Assembly (NCBI GenBank): GCA_054661495.1
Contig: BAAFSQ010000321.1
Location: forward strand, 1 to 10,510
Reading direction: 5' to 3'
DNA length: 10,510 nucleotides
Source: Zygophlyctis sp. KS116
Taxonomy: Eukaryota > Fungi > Chytridiomycota
Numbering within the stretch: position 1 is the stretch's first letter; the number at the start of each line of letters is the position of its first letter. Below, in pieces: positions 1 to 10,324 of this stretch. The notes beneath the pieces are model-generated. The model saw nothing but the letters and a program-made list of their open reading frames with translations, was not told the DNA's origin and made no database searches. The translations under genes were made by a program, and so were the position numbers.

Positions 1-44
1 TGACTAGTCCATTTTGAACATATTTCTTCAATTTCTTGGTTCAT
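1..44 (-). CDS. Possible 5' end of a divergent gene leaving the window (MNQEIEEICSKWTS...)
   Basis: A minus-strand ATG at 44 in ACAATG context is open to the window edge and lies 76 bp from the PPR start, which fits the tight gene spacing here. It is only 14 codons with no recognisable motif. Confidence 0.3.
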   Translation of the reverse strand, partial: MNQEIEEICSKWTS

Positions 45-120
45 TGTAACAGTGTTTAGTGCAAGTTTTTGGTTTACAAATTCAATTTGAAAAAATTGCT
101 AGGGTGAGGTTCTACAAAAA

Positions 121-2749
121 ATGTTGCGAATCGCCGCATGGAAACGTTGTGTAAAACATGCATTAGTAAACCGATCATATTCATCGATTGCTCAATTTGA
201 TAATGCGATAGAATCCGATTCTCTATTTGAATGCCCCAGTAAAGAATTTACCAGATTTATCAATCAGTACCATACAGGAACAGCTAGAGATAATTCTGCT
301 ATAGGGTTTGTGTATAAAGATCGAGTGTGGAATCTTTATCGTAAATTGGACTCTGATTATAAATTTTCTGATACTCAATTAAGAACTGTACTCCGATTAT
401 TGCCATTTGCTTCAGTGGAAGAAGAAATCAAGGTGGAGAGAGTTCAGGAAGTCATTTCAAAAATGATCAGTCTAGGGTTTAATCCACGTGGTGATGGGTT
501 GAATTCACTAATAGCTTCATATGCTTCTCTTCCACATGCAATTGATAAAATTGAAGGATTATTATATAGTTGGAAACATTCTCCTCCTCAAACTAAACGA
601 GTATATAATCAACTTTTATGTGTTTATGGGAAAATACACGGTGCGGAAATTGCCGAAAAATGGTTTGACTCATTGGTTGGAACAATGATTTATACAGAAT
701 TGGGTTTAAGATCAAAAGCTTTGAGGCCCTTGGTTAAAGATGGAGGGGTTTATTGTCATTTGATTAAAATGTATTGTGAAGAAGGTAAATCATTTGGTAA
801 TTACCGTTAGAAAAGTTAAATATGGCTATAAAAAAGTTTAAAGAAATGTCTAAAAGATTTGATCAAAGTAATAGAACTGGGGCTATGGGTCGAATTATGA
901 ATCTTTTGAATAAAGAAAAGAAGTTTTATGAAGTTCTAGCTTGGTACACTACTTCAAAGAGGCATTATCTATATTTGGATGAAACAAGTTATTTCAAAGT
1001 CATCAAGGCCGTATTATTTTTTGCATTTTCCCAAAACGCTTTTATTACTTCCAAAGATCTCATCAAAATGTTAAGTGTATTTGGATCAAAATGGGAGCTA
1101 TCTGAAAACGAACAAAAGGAAAGGAAAGTAGTGGACAATTCGGAAATAGAATCATTGGTTTGTTCTTTAAAAAAAGCAGAGGTGGTAGATGTTGGACAGG
1201 ATCGGTGGTATTATTCAAAGGAAAATTGTTTAAATGATAACTCTAACCACGAAGAGTTCATAGCCAAAACTCCATCAGAAGCTGACAAATTTTCAAAGAT
1301 CGATGGTCCTGATTATATAGGGGAAATTAAAGGTAATCTTGATACAATGTAATTTATAAGATATATTTCAAAACTTCAAGGTGGATAAGAAATATTCTGT
1401 TAATCCGGAAGCTATGCCCGATGAATATGATCAAAAGTGGTTGGCACAAAGTCCAGAAGAAATCCTAAAAAGTGTTTTTTCAGATATGGTTAAGAAGGAA
1501 GTTCAGCCTACACTTCTTACATTTAATGCCATCATCTACTGTTATTATAAAGTAGGAGCATATGATCATTGCGCCACGATATACGAGTATATTAAGACTC
1601 GTCTGGACGCTTTTTATGATGCATCCAGTATCAGTATCATGTCTAAAGTATATACTAAACTGGGAGATTATTCCAAGTCACTCTCTTTGAATTTTTTGAC
1701 TGATCAAGAGATTATTGAAGGAGATCTGATTTTAGTTGGATCACAACTTGATCTGATGTTAACTGCTGGTCAACATAGAAAACTGGAAGAGATTTTCAAA
1801 ACAGTAGATGATTATAGAGAGTTAGGATCGCGAAATATTACAGTTGCGCTAAGAATGTATTTGAAAGAGTATGTATGATTATTTTAATTGTAGGAATAAG
1901 ATGGATGAAGCTAAAAAACTATTTGAAAGAATTATCAGAACTCAAATAGAGGAAGGAAAATTCAATGCTATCCCGTTTAATATAATGCTTCAGAGCTACT
2001 GTAGATTAGGTGACATGGATAGTTTTATCGAGCTTGTGAAACGAATGAATGATTATGAAATCGCTTTTGGAGAAGATACATACGCAACCATAATGCGTGC
2101 TTATAGTTCAATTAATCATCCTGAGATTGCCTTGGATTACTATAGAAAAATGATTGGATCCGGAATTGAACAAACTTTATTATCTTATCATTGTATTATA
2201 GATATTTTCACCAAGATTAATAATGAAATTGGAATCAAGGACACTATTAAATCCATGATAGAAAAAAATGTTGTTCCCAACGATCATATCTTGGCATCAC
2301 TTGTTTCTTACTATGTTGGTTTTGGTAAAGTCAAACAGGCTCGAGAAATTCAAGATCTCTTTAGAAAATCATTTTCTCATATTTCTCATAGTATTCGCTG
2401 TCACAATTTAATAATTGGTTATTTGGCAAAACTTGAAGACCGCCAAGGCATTCTTGAAGAGGTTAACCGTGCAACCACAATTTATAAGACTCGACTTAAT
2501 ACAGAATCATACAATTTCATGATCAAAGCATTTGCTCCAGGGGACATTGTTGGAGCTAGAAAAATATTTGATCTAGCGCTGGAGAAATGCACTGACCATT
2601 TACATGAAAAAATCTTTGCAACAATGATGGAGGCATATTACAATGCAAATGATTTTGAATCAATGAAGATCATTTACAGAAAAATGGAAGCTTTAGAAGT
2701 GGAGTCTGGACAAAAGACGCTAGATTTGATGTCTCTGATTGGGGCATAG
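121..2749 (+). CDS. Pentatricopeptide repeat (PPR, P-class) protein, predicted mitochondrial; 4 exons, 849 aa
   Basis: Exons 121-784, 811-1332, 1361-1868 and 1894-2749 join in frame (2550 nt) through GT-AG introns 785-810 (26 nt), 1333-1360 (28 nt) and 1869-1893 (25 nt), merging four track ORFs. It has tandem ~35-aa PPR-like motifs, e.g. PTLLTFNAIIYCYYKVGAYDHCATIYEYIK, NAIPFNIMLQSYCRLGDMDSFIELVKRMNDYEIAF and GEDTYATIMRAYSSINHPEIALDYYRKMIGSGIEQ. The basic, acid-free N-terminus MLRIAAWKRCVKHALVNRSYSS has an R-x-Y|S processing-like site. No DYW or other C-terminal domain is visible. Confidence 0.92.
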
Positions 2750-3453
2750 TAGCTCCTAGCCTCACCAAGCGATGCGCCATTCCCGTTGAGACGATCGTTA
2801 ATTTTTTTTGATTGAAGAGATGATCATTTTTGCCTTTTTCCTTCTTGTTTCTTGTCAGACATATGATTTTACAGGATTCCCTCCTCGTAATACTCCTCCC
2901 CCAACCAATCCTGCCTGGAACACACATTATGGGATCAATGCTGGACCTGGACTTGGACTCAAAAGTCCGCTAAACTCTATTGTTTACCCACTTTGTCCAA
3001 CATCCAGAGACAGTTGTGATTTCAGTTGCTATTCTTGTACCAGACCAGAGGACATAACAATATGTCCCCGTGTAAAGGAGTTTGGGATGACATTTGATGA
3101 CGGACCATCCAATAATTCTGTGCTGATTCTTGACACTCTGAAGCAGATGAAGGCAAAAGGTACGTTCTGTGTTTTGGGATCGCAAGTTTTGCTTTTTCCT
3201 GAGATTCTAAAAAGAATGTATACTGATGGACATACCATCTGTGCTCATACTTGGTCTCATAGATATTTGACTTCCCAGACGGATGAACAAATTGTTGCAG
3301 AATTTGAATGGACTTTGCAGGCGATTCAACTAGTAATAGGGGTTCGTCCAACTCTAGCTAGAGCACCATTTGGAGATATTGATGATAGAGTGAGAGGAGT
3401 CTTTACTCGAATGAATTTGTCAAATTTGTTATGGAATCATGATACATTTGACT

Positions 3454-3480
3454 GTAATATCTTTTTATTTAAAAGAATAG
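3454..3480 (+). other. 27-nt in-frame, stop-free spliceosomal intron in the chitin deacetylase
   Basis: GTAATATCTTTTTATTTAAAAGAATAG. Removal joins T|GG and restores the conserved Trp of CE4 motif DxxDW. Confidence 0.88.
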
Positions 3481-3783
3481 GGAAGCTTAATAATGCTAGT
3501 CTTTACAATTTTACTGAATCATACATTATTGGAAATGTCACTAACTGGATTGTCAGTGGGCAGACTGATCTTCAAGGCTCAATCATATTAACACATGATG
3601 TTCTTCTCAATTCTGCAAGGGCTGGAGTAGAAACTCTTAATATGGTCAACAATGCCAGTTTAAAAATCACTTCTATTGAACAATGTCTAGCTAAAGATGT
3701 TTACGTAAAACCTTTGGTGCCTCCAAATACAACAACACCTACCAATTTTCCAAATCCACCTGCTAAATCTAATAGTGGTGATT

Positions 3784-5182
<1,399 letters not shown>

Positions 5183-5194
5183 TTCAAATAAAAA

Positions 5195-8100
5195 ATGAGA
5201 GTCGATCATAGGATAAAGATAAAAATATTGGAAGGAATAGAGAACGATTTGATTGTGGGAATTCAAATAAAGGAATCTGGATCTGCTAATGGTGTTCCTG
5301 GAAGGGGTAAATTGAAGATTTTGACCTTAGGAGCATCTATTACCCAAAGAATGTCTATATTCTTTAAAGGGGGAGAACGCAGTTCAACTCTTCAAGTACC
5401 TGAGCCATCCCAAAAAAGAGGATCAAGTTTCCAGGTAAGTTTAAAGTTTTGCTGCTTTGCTTTTTTGGTAGAATCCAAAAAAAAATTGCTGGTTTACTAA
5501 ATCTGTAGAAACGACTTTCAGTATTCAGAGCGGGGACACCGGCTCCAAAATCTAATTCTACTGGATCTGAGCCAGAAAATCCTGGATTTTTCAAACGAGG
5601 ATCAATATTTGGAGTAAGTTTCTCTTTTTAAGTATTGTAGAAAAAAGGTTCTATCCTGGAATCAAATCCTAACAACCGTCAATCAATTTCTGACAACAAT
5701 GGCCAAAATATTGGTTCTAGAAACAGTTACTTAAATCCCGCAGGAAATTCTCAAATAAAGAAGGAGAGCCTTGGAAAAGAGTTGGAATTCATATTAAACG
5801 ATTCATTTCATTCTGTTTTCCTCTATATATCTAAAAAGAAATTCGGAGGGAATCAGCTACTGGCTGATTTTGAAATACCAATGATCTGCTTTGATCCAGA
5901 TGATGTCTGGCATGAACAAGTTTTAGCTTTAAAGGATGAAACTTATACAGACAAGCAAGGGCATCAGTTTCTTGTTTATTCTATTCAACAACCCGTTCCT
6001 TGTTATCACTGTAATAGAATTATGTATAGTGATGCAAATCTTCCTGAACTAGAATTCTTCAAATGTGATTGCTGTGGTATTCTATGCCATGAAAAATGTC
6101 ATGCTTCTATACTTTCAACTTGCTCTAAAGTTATCACCTTAAAAATAGCATATAGTTATGTGAAGGAAACATTATTGGTAGGTTTTCTGAATTAACTGAA
6201 AGGAACCATCTAAATATCGGCCCCTTTGTGACGGCTTTTTTAATATTGAAAATGGATTGTTAAATATGTATTCAAGAGTTTGTGAAAATTTGGATGATGC
6301 ATCATTCCATATTCTTAAAGTTTTAGAAACGTTTTCTAGGAGGAAGGCGATTGATGTGATTGTTAGCTTATGCATTACGGAAATGAATCTTGCAGATAAT
6401 TATCATAACATTCTACAGGAACCTAGGTATTTCTTCATGATTAAGTATTAGTCTGGCTATTAAACTCGTAGAATTGTACATGAGAACAATTGCAGGGGAT
6501 TTTCTGGTTTTTGCGCTCGAAAAGTCAATCACTCACATCATACATGAAGATTCTGACTGTGAATTAGATTCTAGCAAGCACACAAAAGTAAAAACAATAC
6601 ATATTTCAGAGAAGCTAGGAAATCTTGAGAGTAAGATTGATTAATTTTTTATTATATTTTAGATTATCTGGAGCAAATATTTAGGGCAATAACAACATCT
6701 CCTAAATCATGTCCATTTGCTCTTAGATGCATTATCAGTAAATTATACGAATATGCAACTAAACTTTTTGCTGGGGAGCCCACCGCTGGCTATGTAGTGT
6801 CATCAGGAATTTTATTCAGAAAGTTTTTCATTCCTGCTATATTGGCACCTGATAATTTTGGTATACATGTTAGCTCACAATCCCTGAACGCCAAACGAAC
6901 GCTCATAACTGTATCAAAAATACTACATAAAATATCCAACTTGGATTTTTTTGATAGTAATACTGATATTAATTTCCAAAAGCTGAATAGACTCATTGGC
7001 AGCTATCACCCTATCATCTCAATATATATCGACGAGCTAAGAAAGGTTAGTATGGCTTCAGTGGGTGAAGAAGCTCTTCCAGTAGAAGAAAAGGAAGGTG
7101 AAAACATAAAAAAACAGTTAAAAATACCCTGGTATCAAAAACTTTTTCCATTTTGTTCTCCAGCTAAGAATTTGGCTAAATCTGAAAGTGATTTGGACAT
7201 GTTTAAGCGAAAAAACGAACAAATTCTAGACTGGGAAAATTTAGAAACTACCGGAGAAAAAACACAGGATGTTGATATTCATATAGCCGCATTAGGGCGA
7301 TCATTACTTAACCATGGCGACAAATTAATTTTTGCCTGCCAAAACGAAAAAGAAACAAAATTGGCATATTCTGCTTTGGAATGGGCTAGTGCTTTAAGAG
7401 GAAATCGCCAGCAAGCAGAAGATTTACGAAGAATGGCAATTATGCGATTGCAACAAGAATATCTCTCACAGTTTTATCAGGAAGATGGTGATGATTTTAA
7501 TGAAGAATCAGAAGGTTCATCTGAAAATTCACAAGAGCCTCATTCTTTTGTTAAAGACGATGTCGACAAAAAACTTCAGTTAGATTTGATTTTAGAATCC
7601 AATGAAAGTGATGACTCCATTTATAGCGATGGTAAAAGGATGTCTTCTCGTTTTTATAATTCTAGAAAAAGCTCGTATGAAGTGAAAGACAAATCTTCAT
7701 TGTCAAATTCCATCCAAAATCAGAGTGTTCTAAAAAGCTTTATTTCAAGTATCCATTCAGGCTCTTCTGAACTTCGAGCGCAAGAGATTGATGGTCAAAA
7801 AATAAATCAAGAAATAGATGAAAACCTGGAAACGCCAATAATTGGAGATGTAATAACAGTCGGAGAGCACAAAAATTCTATGCCGAATCTTAACTCAAGT
7901 GAAGGAAAAAGCTTGGAAGTTTTGACTGAAGAAAAAGATGATGAAGAAAATGAATCAAAGGAGGAAGTATATATAAATGATGCTCGGCTGAACATTACCA
8001 TGCAGAAGCGAAAAAGTTTGGCAATGAATTTAGATTCCATTTTAAGACCTCAAAGTGATAGAGCTGAGTTAATTGACTCGGAGTTGCCAGCTATATCTAT

Positions 8101-8269
8101 AAATACTAAACAAGCTGATTTCAAAAAGCTACTTCCACAGTTCGAATCTAAACTAAAACTCAAAACAGGGTCAGAGACGATGAAAGAAATACCAGCTTCA
8201 GAACCGCGTATAAAACCAACCATGAAACGAGATGAGACAGGATCATTCGTAATCCAAAAAAAATTTTGA
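5195..8269 (+). CDS. RasGAP-domain protein with split C2-like domain and C1 zinc finger; predicted catalytically impaired; 7 exons, ~955 aa
   Basis: Exons 5195-5306, 5331-5434, 5509-5613, 5641-6177, 6203-6426, 6452-6630 and 6663-8269 give one continuous frame (2868 nt). Introns 5307-5330 (24 nt, probable), 5435-5508 (74), 5614-5640 (27), 6178-6202 (25), 6427-6451 (25) and 6631-6662 (32). RasGAP-like segments: SLAIKLVELYMRTIAGDFL, DCELDSSK, IFRAITTSPKSCPFALRCI, VSSGILFRKFFIPAILAPDNFGI and AKRTLITVSKILHKISN. It ends in a long acidic, Ser-rich low-complexity C-terminus. The 5' exon structure is less certain than the rest. Confidence 0.82.
5435..5508 (+). other. 74-nt intron with internal hairpin
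   Basis: GTAAGT donor, TACTAA branch-like site and TGTAG acceptor restore the frame into KRLSVF. The nearer TAG at 5469-5471 leads to a premature stop. Inverted repeat TTTTTTGG (5461-5468) / CCAAAAAA (5475-5482). Confidence 0.75.
5962..6123 (+). other. C1 (PKC-type) zinc-finger domain inside the RasGAP-fold gene, atypical type
   Basis: HQFLVYSIQQPVPCYHCNRIMYSDANLPELEFFKCDCCGILCHEKCHASILSTC fits H-x12-C-x2-C-x17-C-x2-C-x4-H-x2-C-x7-C; the canonical long spacer is x13-14. Confidence 0.9.
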
Positions 8270-8289
8270 TAATTTTTTATTTATTTAAC

Positions 8290-10141
8290 TTAAATCTTCC
8301 AAATAATTGCTAAAACCAGCAACAATAGCCCAAACGAATAAATCCAAGTTAGAAACATATCCAATTTATAATCTTCAAAAGTAATCATTGGTTTTCTCTT
8401 CTTGCTTATAATTGATCCCCATTTTTGAAGGTTCGCTTTCCACTTTTGAGCACGACTTTCAATTTTTCTAATGGGAGTTTGAATTTTGATTGCACCCTTA
8501 TGAATTTCACACTTTACAGTGGTATAAGGAATTCTTTCTCCATCGACTGTAAGACAACCATCAGCCCCATTAAGATCTTTTCCCGGTTCCAGAATAAAAG
8601 CCTTCGCTCGAGCAAAATTCCATCCTTTTGAAGACAGATGCAGTCCTTTAGAAGGAAACAAAATCCACGTTATAAAATTCCAAAAACCACCTTGAGTATA
8701 TGCTATATCAACAGCACCATCCGACGTGATCGCAAGTGGGGAACCAATCAATGAGGGCGTCAGCTGAGAAACATTTGTAGCAAAAAACAAGGAAAAGGCA
8801 GCATTTACAGTTTGCCATTTCTCTGGAAGATTGTTAACGTCTAAATTATCCAAATGATCTGCAGGACCTGGTTTTGCCAATCTTTCCGCAGTCGTGACTG
8901 AAACAGGAATAGCCGGCTTTAGTCCTTCTTCTATGGACTCTTCATCAGTTACTGGCAAGTAGTGAAGAGTTCCTTCAAATGCACGGGGAAATACACAATG
9001 CGCGACTGTATTAAAATTGAAGCCAACCTTTTCTTTATCCTTTGCTGCTTTTGGGTCCATTTGAATATCCGATAAGAGTCCCCAATGAAAATTCAAATGT
9101 GAAAACATTCTGAATCCGGTGGGGCTCATGACTGACATTACATCAAAAGGCTGGGGCTGACCTCTAATTGCCGTTAATGCTGATAAATAAGGATGTGAAA
9201 CCCCCATAAACTTTGAGACAGCATTATTTCCATACTCTAAAAGTTTAAAACATAAAATGTACCTGTAGGAATGGCCGAAATAACCACTCTTGCCGTAACT
9301 CTATCAAAGTCCGGACGTGTTAAAATCCCATTAATGGCATCATGAAACGTCTTGTCATTTCCTAAAACCACCATATGCTTATATTGACAAAGTCTAGTAG
9401 TAGAGTAAACCATATCTTGTATATTTTTTGCTTCTAAATATTAAGTTTTTAATTTATACTTTCAACATGAACAAAAATATTTGCAGCTTTAAACATTGGC
9501 TTTAATTCATTCCAAATTTCCAGAGATTTATCATCTTTTGTAGGATTAAATATGACCATGTAATCTTTTTCTTCCCATTCCATCCCAGTAATTTCAGCAA
9601 ATTCATCCAACCATCTTGAAGCTTGTTTCTGAGTTTTTGCTTCAAATACATATTCATTTTGAAACCACTCTTGATTAGGAATCGAAAACTGTGTTTTTAT
9701 CCTTGTTACAATAGTACTTTTTAAATTTGATAAAGCAGATTCCTTTTCTTTCCCTATCCCATCATTTTTCCTTCCTAGAGCATAAATAGTAAACTTTAGA
9801 CCATCTTCGGACACTGTCAACCCATAGATTTTATCAACGCGAACTTCAAAGCGTTCAAGTGAAGCTTTCACATTCTTGTTAATATCTAATCATAAGCATA
9901 GATTTTAGGTACCTAATTGAGAACCAATGCGTGCAATACGCCATTTAAGTGTCTTTTTATTTGAAGAAAGTTTTAATTCAGTATATTCACCATCATACAA
10001 CAATTCAGCGTCCAATTCTTCTGACACTTCCTCATCATTTCGACAAACTTCCTTTTCTTCTCGTTCTTTAAGAATAGTTTCTAAATTATCCTGAATCTTT
10101 TCAGTTTCTAGCGATGCAGGAATAGATGCTTCAGTGCCCAT
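8290..10141 (-). CDS. Sphingosine kinase / diacylglycerol kinase (DAGK_cat) family-like protein with C-terminal transmembrane helix; predicted pseudokinase; 4 exons, ~590 aa
   Basis: Exons (minus) 10141-9913, 9885-9460, 9433-9263 and 9236-8290 join in frame (1773 nt). Introns 9886-9912 (27 nt), 9434-9459 (26) and 9237-9262 (26). SphK-like segments appear in the expected order: YMVIFNP, MVVLGNDKTFHDAINGILTRPD, ISAIPT..GN, AIRGQPQPFDV, FSHLNFHWGLLSDI, SPLAITSDGAVDI, KAFILEP and LTVDGE. A PH-like end helix (YVFEAKTQKQASRWLDEF) lies upstream. Hydrophobic tail MFLTWIYSFGLLLLVLAIIWKI. The start codon is uncertain because the frame stays open upstream to 10216. Confidence 0.85.
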
Positions 10142-10324
10142 TTCTTCTAATTGACTCGGAATTAAAGCGTCGGCACTTGGGATTTGATGTTTTATATGAA
10201 TGTTGTATCTACTGATCTACCAACTCTTTGGCTCTTTGGGAATGCATCTTTCGGCACATCCATAATGCATATTTATAGTTAAGCATAAACACTCTATCAA
10301 AAATTCCAAATTTCTCTTCATTTT

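Noticed and set aside
2808-2819. TTG start of the CDA ORF at 2808
   Set aside because: In a eukaryotic context the ATG at 2820 is the better start and gives a clean signal peptide.
2670-3351. Minus-strand ORFs 2670-2927, 2970-3185, 3022-3351 and 3029-3238
   Set aside because: They are antisense to the well-supported PPR and CDA genes and have no recognisable motifs.
5235-5258. 24-nt segment GAATAG...TTGATTGTGG resembling a decayed or non-canonical (GA-GG) intron; removal gives ILEG-IQI
   Set aside because: Both borders are non-canonical and the frame is open either way. It cannot be supported without transcript data.
5183-5266. N-terminal extension of ARG8 exon 1 in the ORF track (MNSHNQ...FLFE)
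   Set aside because: It would bury the presequence and overlap the + strand gene. Met 5182 fits the expected length of the family.
6588-6614. Possible in-frame intron GTAAAAACAATAC...AG in the RasGAP domain
   Set aside because: The first AG gives 22 nt and a frameshift, and the encoded residues fit the variable loop after CELDxSK.
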